A DNA stretch of 64,000 bases from an uncultured Trueperaceae bacterium (GCA_963799485.1 CAWCXJ010000010.1:9357-73356), one strand, 5' to 3'. Shown: positions 1 through 11,007, counted from the first letter of the stretch. Notes: a model not told the origin generated them from the letters alone. Numbers and translations: made by a program.

Positions 1-930
1 TTTCTCTTCTGGCGCGACCACGAGGGCCGCCCGACGACCATCACCCACGACTCTGCGGGCTATTTCGACCTGGCCCCGCTCGATAAGGGCGAAGAAGCGC
101 GCCGCGATATGGTCAACGCGCTCGTCGAAATGGGTTTCGAGATCGAGGCCGCCCACCACGAGGTCGCGCCCGGGCAGCACGAGATCGATTTCAAGTACGA
201 GGACGCACTCAAAACCGCCGACAGCATCGCCACCTTCAAACTGATCGTCAAACGCATCGCCGTAAAACACGACCTGCACGCAACATTCATGCCCAAACCG
301 GTCGGCGGCATCAACGGCTCGGGGATGCACACGCACCTGTCGCTCTTCAAAGACGGTAAAAACGCCTTTTACGACGAAAACGCCGAGTATCAGCTCTCGT
401 CGACCGCGCTCAACTGGATTGCCGGACTTCTAGAGCACGCTGAAGGCATGGTCGCCCTGACCAACCCGACCGTCAACTCGTACAAACGCCTGACGCCAGG
501 GTTTGAAGCGCCGACGAACATCGCCTGGTCTGCCTCGAATAGAAGTGCGATGATCCGGATTCCGGCGCGGCGCGGCGTCGGCACCAGAAGCGAGCTGCGG
601 ATGCCCGACCCGTCGTGTAACCCGTACCTGGCGCTTACGGCGATGATGGCCGCGGGTATGGACGGCGTGGAAAACAAGCTCACCCCGCCGCCACCCATCC
701 AGCGCAACATCTATCAGATGAGCGTCCGCGACCGCCGCAAGCACAAGATCAAAGAGCTGCCCGGTACGCTGCGCGAGGCTATCGTGGCACTCGAGAAAGA
801 TGCTGTGATGAAAGAAGCGTTGGGCGAACACACCTTTGAGCACTTTATAGGGGCCAAACGCCTCGAGTTCGACGCCTACCGCGTCGCGGTTCACGACTGG
901 GAGTTGCAGACCTACCTGGCAGAATACTAA
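1..930 (+). CDS. glnA: Glutamine synthetase type I (5'-truncated by window edge)
   Basis: Frame open from base 1 (FLFWRDHEG...GYFDLAP); motifs [18 protein letters not shown]...[41 protein letters not shown]. Confidence 0.97.
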   Translation, partial: FLFWRDHEGRPTTITHDSAGYFDLAPLDKGEEARRDMVNALVEMGFEIEAAHHEVAPGQHEIDFKYEDALKTADSIATFKLIVKRIAVKHDLHATFMPKPVGGINGSGMHTHLSLFKDGKNAFYDENAEYQLSSTALNWIAGLLEHAEGMVALTNPTVNSYKRLTPGFEAPTNIAWSASNRSAMIRIPARRGVGTRSELRMPDPSCNPYLALTAMMAAGMDGVENKLTPPPPIQRNIYQMSVRDRRKHKIKELPGTLREAIVALEKDAVMKEALGEHTFEHFIGAKRLEFDAYRVAVHDWELQTYLAEY

Positions 931-954
931 GCCGCGTTCTTGCTTGCGCGATAG

Positions 955-977
955 AGGCTCCTGCGGGAGCCTTTTTT
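955..977 (+). terminator. Rho-independent terminator after glnA
   Basis: AGGCTCC-TGCG-GGAGCCT followed by a T run. Confidence 0.8.
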
Positions 978-981
978 CGGT

Positions 982-1521
982 ATGGTAAGCGGTAATGGTG
1001 ATTTTGTGAACCGTAACACCGTAAAACCCTCCAGCACACTTGTCGTCGGTCTCGACCCCGGCCTCGCCAATCTGGGCCTCGGCGCAGTCCGTGAGGTCGG
1101 GCGCGAGGTCACCTGTCTCGGCAGTCAGCTCATCCGCACGACGCCCACGCAAACGCAAGCGGAACGGCTCGAGACCCTTTACAACGCCGTCTCGGACTTT
1201 TTGAAAACGCACCAGCCTGACATTCTCGCCGTTGAAGGCCAGTATTTTCACCGCCAGCGCGAAGTGGCGTTCAAGGTCGGTCAGGCGTTCGGCGTGTGCC
1301 TCTTGGCCGCCAAGCAGCAAGGTATCGGCGTCGTCGAATACGGCCCGATGCAGGTCAAGCAGGCGCTCGTCGGCTCCGGACGCGCGAGCAAGGCGCAGGT
1401 GTCGTATATGGTGCGGGCGATGCTGAACCTTAGAGAAACGCCGGAGAGTCACCACGTTGCCGACGCGCTTGCGCTCGCTTTGACGCACCTCAGTGCGCGG
1501 CAGTTGCAGGCGCTACGCTAG
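982..1521 (+). CDS. ruvC: Holliday junction resolvase RuvC (start may be GTG 1006)
   Basis: VVGLDPGLANLG, LAVE, EYGPMQVKQALVGSGRASKAQV, HVADALALA. Confidence 0.95.
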   Translation: MVSGNGDFVNRNTVKPSSTLVVGLDPGLANLGLGAVREVGREVTCLGSQLIRTTPTQTQAERLETLYNAVSDFLKTHQPDILAVEGQYFHRQREVAFKVGQAFGVCLLAAKQQGIGVVEYGPMQVKQALVGSGRASKAQVSYMVRAMLNLRETPESHHVADALALALTHLSARQLQALR

Positions 1522-1537
1522 GTCACGATATTGCAGT

Positions 1538-1572
1538 AAAAAGGCGGCTCGAGGCTTGCCTCGAGCCGCTTT
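1538..1572. terminator. Bidirectional terminator between convergent ruvC and GH13
   Basis: GCGGCTCGAGG-CTTG-CCTCGAGCCGC flanked by A and T runs. Confidence 0.8.
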
Positions 1573-1591
1573 CATTTATTTCAGGTACCCC

Positions 1592-4500
1592 TCAGCGTTT
1601 TTTAGCCGGTTTTTTTCTTTTCGACCTAGTTGTCTTGGAACCCGTTTTTGCCTTCGGGGGTACAGTGCTGGACTCTGATTTGGATTTTTTAGCTGGCGCT
1701 TTAGTGGACGGTGTTTCAGGTGACGCTGCTTCAGCCGAAGCAGTCGCCATTTTATCGTCCTCAGCACTTTTTACGGCGTCTTCATCTTTTACGGCGCTCT
1801 CGCCTTCGGTGCGCTGATTTACGGTTGCATTGGCTGACCCAGACGTTTTTTGCGGTGCAGAGAGCGCCGACCATGTACCCTTTGCCTCGGTTTCGGCGCG
1901 GCTCAGGGCGTTCATCGTCCCGGTAAAGGGTTTTAAGTCGTTCTCGCTGGCACTGAGAAGCGCATACCCGAGCGGGCGCACGCTCGCCTCACCGTAGGCA
2001 GATTCGCTAAACGCGTCCGTTTCGGCGTCGTAACGGACAAAACGCTTGACTCCATCGTCGGTTTTGAAGGACTCGAGGAAGGCCTCGGCTCCCTTTTCGT
2101 AGCCGGGGCCGTAACGCCGTAAAAGCTGTACGAGCATTCCAGCGCGCTCGGCGTCCGGCAGACCGGCTCCCGTAAAGGTCTCGTGAATAAGCCCGTCCAA
2201 CCTCAACTCGTCGGTATCGACCTCGGCTTTTGCAAGTGTCTCTAAGACGAGCGCGACGTAGAGTGTACCGCTGCCCTCGTCGGTCAGTTTGGTCGTCAGT
2301 TCTTCCTCGAGAGCGGCGCGGTGGGCGCTTTCGGGTGCAAAGTCAAGCGACGGCAACGCGATAAGGCGCGTCAGCTGCGTTTCGAAGGTCGTTTTCGGAG
2401 CCGCTTTAGCGGTTTCGTCAACCTTAGCTTCTTCTGCGCTGGTTTGACCTGCGGTACCGTCAAGCTCATCGACTTGCCCCCCGGCAACGCGGACGAGTTC
2501 GCGTAGGCGACCCGGCAATTCGCGTTCCAGCGCCCGTAACTGCCGTTCACCGCGTTCGCTGCGGAGCGTGCGAATTATCTCGGCGCTAACGACCTGCGCG
2601 AAAGCGTGATGGACGGGCGCTAACTCTGCGCCGGTAAGTTCGGCCCCCAAGTCGTACACCCCGCGCCCGCCCAGTGCGTCGTGAAGCCGCTCGAAACGTC
2701 CATCGGTGTCTTCAACTTCGTCAAAGTCGAGAAACACCTGATACTTGTACGCGTCGAGCGACAACGCCAGTCCGCCTTGCAAATCGCGGCTCCGGCGGAT
2801 AAACCACAACCCGGAAACCTGCTCGCGGAAGCGGACGAAATCGCGCTCCCCGGCCCGCAACCCGAGGCCCTGAAGGAGCGTGCGCTGCGCTTTCCCGGCC
2901 TGCGGCGTCGCTTCACGAATCCAGCCGCTGGCGTGGCTGAAGCTGTTGTTAAAGGTCACCAAAGACGCCTGTCCGTCGACGAAGTTCGAGTAGGCGTAGA
3001 CGTTCTCGTCAATTCCGTGCTCAGAATGCATATCGTAGAGCTGAAAGTTTTCGACTTCGGCGAACTGATAGCGGCGGTGCAGCAGCGGAAACACCTCGCG
3101 GTGGTGGCGGCCTATCAGCCAGCCGTCCGGGCTCTCGTCGAGTTTGGCGCGGCGATACTCCATCCCGTACTTTTCCGTGTAGCCCTCGACCTGTCCGTGG
3201 CCGAACATCGGCAAGCCCGGCATCGTCGCCATCACGACCGCGACCCCGAAATACTTGTCGTCTTTACCGAACTGCGCCACAGCGGTCTCTTCGTCGGGGT
3301 TGTTCATAAAGTTGACGAAGCGTTTCAAGATTTCGGGTTCGAACTCCAAGACGTTTTTGATGCTCTGACGGTACTGCGCGTTGTCCTCGTTTTTGAACAT
3401 GTGCATAAAGGCGCTGTTGTACACGCGGTGCATCCCGAGCGTCCGGACGAAATAGCCTTCCATCATCCAGAACGCCTCGGCGAGCAGCAGCGTGTCGGGC
3501 ACCTCTTGGGCGACCCTATCGACGACCTCGCGCCAGAACTCTTTGGGGACGGCCTTTTCAAAGTCTTCGGTCGATAAGCTGCCGTACTGCGCGCGTGAAG
3601 CAATCGCCCCACCGGAACCGGGTTCGGGATACCAGAGTCGCTGAATGTGCTGTTTGGCCAAGGTCATCGCCGCGTCGAAACGGATAATGGGTGAAAGCCG
3701 CGCGACGTGCAAGATGGTCTGAATCACGGCTTCGCGCGCCGCAGGATTTAAGTAGTCGATCTGCGCGGTGTCGTTCCACGGCATCGAAGTACCGTCGTTG
3801 CCGTGGTAGATATATTTGGTGTCGCCGGTTCCCTTGTCCTGACGCTTAAACACGACCGCCGCGTCCGACGAATCGTAGTAGTGATCCTCGAGAAACACCC
3901 CGACGCGCCCGTCTTGCGACAGGTCGGGGCCGTTAAAGGTGTAGCTGGGATAAGGCGACTCGCTCAGCTGTAAAAACCATTCGGGGTGTTCGACGACCCA
4001 TCTACCGTCGACGCCGACGTGGTTCGGCACCATGTCCGAGGCCATCCGAATGCCGCGTTCCCACGCCCGCCGTTTAAGGGTTTCAAACGCTTCCGCGCCG
4101 CCCAAATCGCCCGCAATCACATAGTCGTAAAGCGAATAGGCCGACGCCACCGCGTCCGGGTTGCCGCGCAGGTTTTTAATCGTTTTCGAGGCTTTCGAGC
4201 GCTCCCAGAGGCCGATCAGCCAGAGCCCGGTAAAGCCCCGGCGGGCGAGTTCGTCGAGTTCTTCGTCGGGGATTTCGTCCAAGCGGGAAATCTCGTAACC
4301 GTACTGTTTGGAAAGCTGTCCGAGCCAGACGAAGGTGCTTTTGGCGAGCATCACCACGCGCGGCATCCACGACGAATCTTGCGAGAACGCTTCGTATTCG
4401 TCGGGAACGAAACTGCCGCTGCGCGCACGTTGGGCTGCCGCCGGGTCGATGACCTGAGCCGGGCCGGGGCCGCCGCCGAAATTGGGTTTTTGCTCTTCGC

Positions 4501-5278
4501 GCAGCGTGTCGCCGGCGCGGAGGATGTCACGGAACAGCTCGTCCAGACCCGGAATCTCGAGCCCGAGCGCCCCGAGCCGTTCGCGCAAACTGCCCAGCTG
4601 ACCTGCTAAAGAGGTCGGCGACGCATTGATGGGTGCGCGGAGCAGTTCGAAAAGTTTTTGTCCCTCCCCGGCGTCGGGCTCACCGGCGAAAAAGGTCTCG
4701 AGCCCCGTCACCACTTCGGGATAACGCGTTTCGGCGAGTTCGGTATCGTCAAAAAGGTCGCGGAGCCGCCCCAACGCCGGGTTGAAGTTGGCGAAATGCA
4801 GCAGGATAAGGCTTTCAACGGCAATCTGCCGGTTCGACAACCCTGCCTGGTCACCGGTCAGGTAAACGTCCGGCGTCACGTCGCCTTGCGACACGGCTTT
4901 GGGCGGAAACGTCGAGACGTAGCGGGAGAGCGTACGCTCGAGTTCGCGCCTTCCAAGTTGGGCCTCGAGCTGCGTGTAGGCGCGTCCAATCGCGTCCGGA
5001 TGCGCCTTTAAGTAACCAGCGACGATCAACCGGAGCATCTCCTGCACGAGCGCGGCGGCGTAGAGTTCGCCCGCGCGCACCGCCGACTCAGGAAAACGCT
5101 TTGCGTCCCTAACGTCGTTGATGGTCTGGCTCAGCTTTTGCGCTGCCCCGAGCGTCGGAACCTGCAAAGGGCCGCCCTCGGCGAGCATCTCTTGCAAAAA
5201 CCCGTAGCGCTGCCGCGCCGAAGCGCGGAGCGGCAGTTCGGGTGTACCGCGCGAGCCCTTAAAGTAGTAGGTGTTCAT
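1592..5278 (-). CDS. Large alpha-amylase family (GH13) glycosyl hydrolase with low-complexity Lys/Ala/Ser/Thr C-terminal tail
   Basis: DMVPNH, IRFDAAM (nucleophile), LAEAFW (acid/base), FMNNPDEE; AGGAGG RBS before ATG 5278. Confidence 0.85.
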   Translation of the reverse strand: MNTYYFKGSRGTPELPLRASARQRYGFLQEMLAEGGPLQVPTLGAAQKLSQTINDVRDAKRFPESAVRAGELYAAALVQEMLRLIVAGYLKAHPDAIGRAYTQLEAQLGRRELERTLSRYVSTFPPKAVSQGDVTPDVYLTGDQAGLSNRQIAVESLILLHFANFNPALGRLRDLFDDTELAETRYPEVVTGLETFFAGEPDAGEGQKLFELLRAPINASPTSLAGQLGSLRERLGALGLEIPGLDELFRDILRAGDTLREEQKPNFGGGPGPAQVIDPAAAQRARSGSFVPDEYEAFSQDSSWMPRVVMLAKSTFVWLGQLSKQYGYEISRLDEIPDEELDELARRGFTGLWLIGLWERSKASKTIKNLRGNPDAVASAYSLYDYVIAGDLGGAEAFETLKRRAWERGIRMASDMVPNHVGVDGRWVVEHPEWFLQLSESPYPSYTFNGPDLSQDGRVGVFLEDHYYDSSDAAVVFKRQDKGTGDTKYIYHGNDGTSMPWNDTAQIDYLNPAAREAVIQTILHVARLSPIIRFDAAMTLAKQHIQRLWYPEPGSGGAIASRAQYGSLSTEDFEKAVPKEFWREVVDRVAQEVPDTLLLAEAFWMMEGYFVRTLGMHRVYNSAFMHMFKNEDNAQYRQSIKNVLEFEPEILKRFVNFMNNPDEETAVAQFGKDDKYFGVAVVMATMPGLPMFGHGQVEGYTEKYGMEYRRAKLDESPDGWLIGRHHREVFPLLHRRYQFAEVENFQLYDMHSEHGIDENVYAYSNFVDGQASLVTFNNSFSHASGWIREATPQAGKAQRTLLQGLGLRAGERDFVRFREQVSGLWFIRRSRDLQGGLALSLDAYKYQVFLDFDEVEDTDGRFERLHDALGGRGVYDLGAELTGAELAPVHHAFAQVVSAEIIRTLRSERGERQLRALERELPGRLRELVRVAGGQVDELDGTAGQTSAEEAKVDETAKAAPKTTFETQLTRLIALPSLDFAPESAHRAALEEELTTKLTDEGSGTLYVALVLETLAKAEVDTDELRLDGLIHETFTGAGLPDAERAGMLVQLLRRYGPGYEKGAEAFLESFKTDDGVKRFVRYDAETDAFSESAYGEASVRPLGYALLSASENDLKPFTGTMNALSRAETEAKGTWSALSAPQKTSGSANATVNQRTEGESAVKDEDAVKSAEDDKMATASAEAASPETPSTKAPAKKSKSESSTVPPKAKTGSKTTRSKRKKPAKKR

Positions 5279-5634
5279 ATAAGTCCTCCTCAGCGTTCGC
5301 CGCCGGATATCAGCCACACCAAAGGCGACAGCGCGCAACGTTAGCGTGATTGAGAATAGCACGCGTCCCGGAGGGCTCGCGGCAACCCCGGCGGTAGCTT
5401 GCTGTTTCCGGGAGCGCGTCCCTCAGGTGCCTGACAGATACGCCTGCAAAAACCGGCGACGGCTTGCCCTACGCCTCAACGCGCCCCTTGTTTGGATACA
5501 CCGTTTGGATACAGTTTTTGCCGGCGCAGCGTTGCCGACAAGTGTGAACGCGGCCAAGCCTTTCTTGCTTGAAATTACGACGTTTTTTGTAGATGGCTAC
5601 TGCACCCCCACGCGTCACAGGTATAGTGGGCCTC

Positions 5635-7605
5635 ATGATGTCACCTGAACTACCCAAAACCTGGTCTCGAGCGCTCATCTTGGCGGTGCGACCCGCCGTC
5701 GATAGCGGGCGCTTTCCCATCAAGCGTGTAACCGGCGAGAATGTGACTGTCAGCGCCGATATCGTGGCCGACGGTCACGATACGCTCGCCGCCGAACTCT
5801 TGTACGGCCCCGAAGGGAACGAAACGCACAGCACCCGGCTCAGCTTTGCTGGAAACGACGTTTACGAAGGTAGTTTTACGGTCGGCGAAGTGGGAGCGTG
5901 GCGCTACCGCGTGCGCGCCTGGGTGGACGCGTTCGCCACCTGGCAAGCCGTTTTCAAACGCCGCGTCGAAACCGGCAGCGACGAAGCCGAACTAAGGAGT
6001 GAACTCCAAGAAGGCGCAGCGCTCCTCCAAAAAGCCCACAAGAAAGCTAAGGGAGAAGACAAAAAGGCGCTCGGGGCATACGTTAAGCGTTTTGAAGCGG
6101 GCAACGCGGACGCCGCGTTAGAAGAAGAGATCGTCAGTCTCGCCCGCACCTACGACCCGCGCGAAGGTGCCGCCGAAAGCGCGTTTTTTGGCGTTTTGGT
6201 CGAACGCCCGCTGGCGCAGTTTTCGTCGTGGTATTCGTTTTTTCCGCGTTCACTCGGCAAAAACGGTCAACACGGGACTTTAGACGACGCGGCTGAACAC
6301 CTGACCTATATTAAGGATATGGGTTTCGATATCGCCTATCTGACGCCGATTCATCCCATCGGGAGGGCCTTCCGTAAAGGCAAAGACAACGCGCCGACCG
6401 CGCAACCCGGCGAACCCGGCAGCCCTTACGCCATCGGCAGCGAAGACGGCGGTTTGAGCAGTGTTCACCCCGAACTCGGCGGAATGCCTGCGTTCGAGCG
6501 GTTTATGGCGCGGGCGCAAGAGCTGCGGCTCGAGGTCGCTTTGGACGTCGCCTTAAACGCCTCGCCCGACCACCCCTGGGTCAAAGAACACCCGACCTGG
6601 TTCAAGCAGCGCCCCGACGGGTCGATTCGTTACGCCGAAAATCCGCCCAAAAAGTATCAGGACATCTATCCGTTCGACCTCGAGAGTAGCGACTGGCAAA
6701 ACCTCTGGCAAGCTTTACGCGACGTGTTCGGCTTCTGGGCGAGTAAAGGCGTGCGCGTCTTCCGGGTAGACAACCCGCACACCAAAGCGCTGCCGTTCTG
6801 GGGCTGGTGCATCGCCTCGTTGCGCGAAGAGTACCCCGATTTAGTCATGCTCTCCGAAGCGTTTACTCGCCCCAAACAGATGTACGCGCTTGCCAAACTC
6901 GGGTTTTCGCAGTCTTACACCTACTTCACCTGGCGCTACAGCAAACAAGATTTTACCGAATATCTGCATGAACTCTGCCAGACCGAAGTCGTGGATTTTT
7001 ACCGGCCCAACTTTTGGCCCAACACGCACGACATCTTGCCGCCGTATCTGCGGAGTCGGGCGACCTATCAAACGCGGCTCGTGATGGCGGCGACGATGGC
7101 GTCGAGTTACGGCATTTACGGCCCCGCCTTTGAGCTGATGGACAACGTTCCCCACGAACTGCGTGAAGAGAACAAGAACAACGAGAAGTACGAGCTTAAA
7201 AACTGGAACTTCGATGACCCGAACTCGCTCAAACCTTTGATTACCCAGGTCAACCGGATTCGTTTAGAGAACCCCGCTCTCAGGAATAACCGGAGCCTCA
7301 AACTTCACGGCGTCGGCAACGACCAGCTGTTGGCCTACTCGAAGCAAGACGGCGATAACAAGATTTTGGTCGTCGTCAACTTCGACCCGGACAACACCCA
7401 GTCGGGTTTTACCGACCTCGATCTGGACGCGCTCGGCTTGCCGCAAAACGAACCCTTCAGCGCCGAAGACCTTATAACCGGTGAGCATTACACCTGGAAC
7501 GGCGCGCACAATTACCTCGAGCTAAACCCTCACCATTTCCCCGCCCACATCTTCCGCCTGTCCGGGCGCAGCGCACAGCACGCCGCGCGGCAGCGCGTTT
7601 CGTAG
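5635..7605 (+). CDS. glgE: Alpha-1,4-glucan:maltose-1-phosphate maltosyltransferase
   Basis: GRFPIKR, PIHPIG..RKGKDN, YAENPPKKYQDIYP, FRVDNPHTK, SEAFTRP, RPNFWPNTHDILP; TATAGT 7 nt before ATG 5635. Confidence 0.95.
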   Translation: MMSPELPKTWSRALILAVRPAVDSGRFPIKRVTGENVTVSADIVADGHDTLAAELLYGPEGNETHSTRLSFAGNDVYEGSFTVGEVGAWRYRVRAWVDAFATWQAVFKRRVETGSDEAELRSELQEGAALLQKAHKKAKGEDKKALGAYVKRFEAGNADAALEEEIVSLARTYDPREGAAESAFFGVLVERPLAQFSSWYSFFPRSLGKNGQHGTLDDAAEHLTYIKDMGFDIAYLTPIHPIGRAFRKGKDNAPTAQPGEPGSPYAIGSEDGGLSSVHPELGGMPAFERFMARAQELRLEVALDVALNASPDHPWVKEHPTWFKQRPDGSIRYAENPPKKYQDIYPFDLESSDWQNLWQALRDVFGFWASKGVRVFRVDNPHTKALPFWGWCIASLREEYPDLVMLSEAFTRPKQMYALAKLGFSQSYTYFTWRYSKQDFTEYLHELCQTEVVDFYRPNFWPNTHDILPPYLRSRATYQTRLVMAATMASSYGIYGPAFELMDNVPHELREENKNNEKYELKNWNFDDPNSLKPLITQVNRIRLENPALRNNRSLKLHGVGNDQLLAYSKQDGDNKILVVVNFDPDNTQSGFTDLDLDALGLPQNEPFSAEDLITGEHYTWNGAHNYLELNPHHFPAHIFRLSGRSAQHAARQRVS

Positions 7606-7612
7606 AGGAGTT

Positions 7613-10600
7613 ATGACTCTAAAAACTGACGTTCAAACCAGTCCCACCAACGCATCCCAAAGCAGCTCTGAGCGCCTCGGCAGCGACCCGTTCTGGTACA
7701 AGGACGCGGTCATCTATCAGATCCACGTGCGGTCGTTTTTCGACTCGGACGACGACGGCTACGGCGACTTTCGCGGCATTCTGGAAAAGCTGCCTTACCT
7801 AGAAGAACTCGGCGTCAACACGCTCTGGCTGCTTCCCTTTTACGATTCGCCGCTGCGCGACGACGGCTACGACATCGCCGACTACTGGAACATCTTGCCG
7901 GTTCACGGCGATGTGGGCGATTTCAAGGCCTTTTTGGACGAGGCGCACGCCCGTGGGATGCGCGTCGTCACCGAGATGGTCTTGAATCACACCTCGGATC
8001 AGCACGCGTGGTTTCAAGAGTCGCGGCAACCCGGTTCCGATAAGCGCGACTGGTACGTCTGGAGCGACACCTCGGACAAGTACAAAGATGTTCGCATCAT
8101 CTTTACCGACACCGAACACTCGAACTGGACGTGGGACCCGGTGGCGGGTGCGTACTACTGGCACCGCTTTTTCAGCCATCAACCCGACCTCAACTGGGAC
8201 AATCCCGAAGTCGAAGCAGCGCTGCACGAAGTTTTATTCTATTGGCTCGATATGGGCGTGGACGGCGTGCGTTTAGACGCCGTGCCGTACCTGTACGAGC
8301 GTGAAGGCACCTCGGGCGAAAACCTGCCGGAAACCCTGGACGCCATCAAACGCCTGCGTAAAGGCATCGAAGACCGTTACGGGCCGGGGCGTATCTTGCT
8401 CGCCGAGGCGAATCAGTGGCCCGAAGACACGCTGCCGTATTTTGGGGCTTACGAAGATGACCCTACTCAGGGCGACGGCGTGCAGATGGCGTTTAACTTT
8501 CCGCTGATGCCCCGGATGTATCTGGCGCTGCGCCGCGAAAACCGGCAGCCGATTGTCGAGATGCTTAAACTCACCGAAGACATCCCCGACGACGCGCAGT
8601 GGGCGCTCTTTTTGCGGAACCACGACGAGTTGACGCTCGAGATGGTCACCGACGAAGAACGCGACTTTATGTACAACGAGTACGCCATGGACCGGCAGTT
8701 TCGCCTGAACCTGGGCATCCGCCGCCGTTTGGCCCCGCTCTTGGGCGGCGAGCGCCGCCGCATCGAACTGATGAACGCGCTCGTGTTGTCCTTAAAAGGC
8801 AGCCCGGTCGTCTACTACGGCGACGAAATCGGCATGGGCGACAACACCTTTTTGGGTGACCGCAACGGCGTCCGCACGCCGATGCAGTGGAGTCCCGACC
8901 GCAACGGCGGTTTTTCCCGTGCGCCCTATCACCAGCTCTTTTTGCCGCCCATCAACGAAGGGATTTACGGCTATCAGTTCGTCAACGTCGAGGACGCGCA
9001 GCGGAGCGCGCACTCGCTTTACGGCTTTATGCAGCGGATTTTGCGGCTCCGCAACCAGCACGGCAAGACCTTCGGGCGCGGTTCGCTCACGATTTTGCCG
9101 GTCGAAAATCAGCGGGTCTTTGCCTTTTTACGTGAGTACGAAGGCGAGACGATTTTGGTCGTCGCCAACTTGTCGCGTTTCGCGCAAGCCGCCTATCTGC
9201 CGCTGCAAGACTACGCGGGCGCGGTTCCGATTGAGCTTTTTAGCCAAGCCCCGTTCCCACCGATCTTGCCGCAAGAAGGCGACAGCGGCGGCGACTATCC
9301 ACTTACCATGAGTCCGCACGGGTTTTACTGGTTTGCCTTAAAACGCGACACGGCACTCGAGGCCGAAGCCGAAGAACCCGACGATATCCCCGACCGTAAA
9401 CTGCCGACCTTTAAGCTTTCAGGTGGTTTGGAAACGCTTTTGGTCGAAACGATGGTGCAGGGCGACGCGAGACGGCAGCTCGAGCGCACCTTACCCGAAT
9501 ACTTGTCGATTCAGCGCTGGTTCGGCTCCAAAGCAAGAGCGCTTAAAGGCGCCCGCTTGGTCGACGCCGTAAGGCTTCAGGCCGACCCACAGAACTATCT
9601 GGCACTGGTTCGCGCCGAGTTCGAAGACGGCGGCGTCGAGCGTTACTTTTTGCCTTTAGCGTACAAAAAAGGCGACGAGGCCAAAGCGCTGATTGCGGCG
9701 TATCCGCGCGCCGCCGTCGCCTGGCTCAGCGGGCCGTCGGGCCGTCTGCTCTTACACGACGCCACCGCCGACGCAGATTTCTGGTCTTCGCTCTACCGCG
9801 CCACCCAGAAAAACTGGCGTGGGCGCTCGCTGCAAGGGCTTTACGGCGCGACCCCGGCGAAAGGCGGCACGCTGCTAAACGTCACCGAGGCCCGCGTGAT
9901 GGGCGTCGAGCAGAGCAATTCGTCGGCGGTTCTCGGTGACGTGTTCGGCAAGCTTTACCGGAAGTTGGAGGATGAATCGAATCCCGAAGTCGAGATGCTC
10001 AGCTATTTGACCGAAGCAGGGTTTCCCTTTTCACCCGCGCTTCAGGGCAATCTGACCTTTAGACGCGGCGAACTCTCCCTGACGCTCGGCATTTTTCAGA
10101 GCTTTATCGAAGGCGGCAGCGACGCGTGGGGCTACGCCCTGGAGGAATTCGGGCGCTACCTGGGCCGCACCGCCGAAACGCCCGTTCCTGAAAACGCGCT
10201 GCCTGAACGTTTCGACGACCCGCTGCCGGCGTGGCTCGAGGATACTGCCGGGGAGAGCCTGCAACTCGCCAGCTTGTTGGGGGTTCGCACCGCCGAACTC
10301 CACACGACCCTCTCCCGCGCCGAAATACCCACGCTGCGCCCCGAGCCCACGACGCCGGAAGACCTGCAGGCGTTTGCCGGACGCGTTCGCCGCGACGCCG
10401 AAACGACCGTAGCGCAACTCAGGGCGCAGGGTCACGCCTTCGACCGGGAGGCGTTAGACAGAGGGTTGGAGAAGTTGGCGCAACTTGCTGGGGCCGACCC
10501 CGACTGGCACAAAATCCGTGTTCACGGCGACTATCATCTGGGTCAGGTCATCCGCGCCGAGGGCGACCTCTACATCCTCGATTTCGAGGGTGAACCCGCC

Positions 10601-10957
10601 CGACCCTTAAACGAGCGCCGCGAAAAAGACCAAGCGCTCCGCGACGTAGCCGGGATGCTCCGGTCTTTGGAGTACGCCGGACTCGTGGCGTGGGGCACTT
10701 ACGCTGAGGAAACGGGTAGCCGCGACGAAGCGTGGGCAGACCTGCTCGTCCGCTGGAGCGAAGCCGCCTTCTTAGAGGCGTACCTGTCAACCGCCGGAGA
10801 GGGAGCCAGCTATCTGCCGCAAGACCCCGAAGTTAGGGCCCTCGTCATCTGGGCGTATCAGCTCGACAAAGTGTTGTACGAAGTCCGCTACGAACTCGGC
10901 AGCCGCCCGGACTGGGTGTGGTTGCCGCTGCGGGGGCTCGAGCGCCTACTCAGCTGA
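7613..10957 (+). CDS. treS: Trehalose synthase TreS fused to C-terminal maltokinase (Pep2/Mak)
   Basis: WYKDAVIYQ, WHRFFSHQPDLN, RLDAVPYL, FLRNHDELTLE; C-terminal QRWFG, EQSNSS, IRVHGDYHLGQV, LDFEGEP, RDVAGMLRS. Confidence 0.95.
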   Translation: MTLKTDVQTSPTNASQSSSERLGSDPFWYKDAVIYQIHVRSFFDSDDDGYGDFRGILEKLPYLEELGVNTLWLLPFYDSPLRDDGYDIADYWNILPVHGDVGDFKAFLDEAHARGMRVVTEMVLNHTSDQHAWFQESRQPGSDKRDWYVWSDTSDKYKDVRIIFTDTEHSNWTWDPVAGAYYWHRFFSHQPDLNWDNPEVEAALHEVLFYWLDMGVDGVRLDAVPYLYEREGTSGENLPETLDAIKRLRKGIEDRYGPGRILLAEANQWPEDTLPYFGAYEDDPTQGDGVQMAFNFPLMPRMYLALRRENRQPIVEMLKLTEDIPDDAQWALFLRNHDELTLEMVTDEERDFMYNEYAMDRQFRLNLGIRRRLAPLLGGERRRIELMNALVLSLKGSPVVYYGDEIGMGDNTFLGDRNGVRTPMQWSPDRNGGFSRAPYHQLFLPPINEGIYGYQFVNVEDAQRSAHSLYGFMQRILRLRNQHGKTFGRGSLTILPVENQRVFAFLREYEGETILVVANLSRFAQAAYLPLQDYAGAVPIELFSQAPFPPILPQEGDSGGDYPLTMSPHGFYWFALKRDTALEAEAEEPDDIPDRKLPTFKLSGGLETLLVETMVQGDARRQLERTLPEYLSIQRWFGSKARALKGARLVDAVRLQADPQNYLALVRAEFEDGGVERYFLPLAYKKGDEAKALIAAYPRAAVAWLSGPSGRLLLHDATADADFWSSLYRATQKNWRGRSLQGLYGATPAKGGTLLNVTEARVMGVEQSNSSAVLGDVFGKLYRKLEDESNPEVEMLSYLTEAGFPFSPALQGNLTFRRGELSLTLGIFQSFIEGGSDAWGYALEEFGRYLGRTAETPVPENALPERFDDPLPAWLEDTAGESLQLASLLGVRTAELHTTLSRAEIPTLRPEPTTPEDLQAFAGRVRRDAETTVAQLRAQGHAFDREALDRGLEKLAQLAGADPDWHKIRVHGDYHLGQVIRAEGDLYILDFEGEPARPLNERREKDQALRDVAGMLRSLEYAGLVAWGTYAEETGSRDEAWADLLVRWSEAAFLEAYLSTAGEGASYLPQDPEVRALVIWAYQLDKVLYEVRYELGSRPDWVWLPLRGLERLLS

Positions 10958-10975
10958 GTTTCAAACTGCACAAAA

Positions 10976-11007
10976 AAAGGTGGAGCCGTTCAAAGCTCCA
11001 CCTCTTT
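10976..11007. terminator. Bidirectional terminator between treS and the SulP gene
   Basis: AGGTGGAGC...GCTCCACCT hairpin with A/T-rich flanks. Confidence 0.75.

Noticed and set aside
430..1488. 352-aa minus-strand ORF
   Set aside because: Antisense shadow of glnA and ruvC with no recognisable motifs.
7613..10957. TreS-maltokinase fusion as a novelty
   Set aside because: Well-known architecture in many glgE loci.
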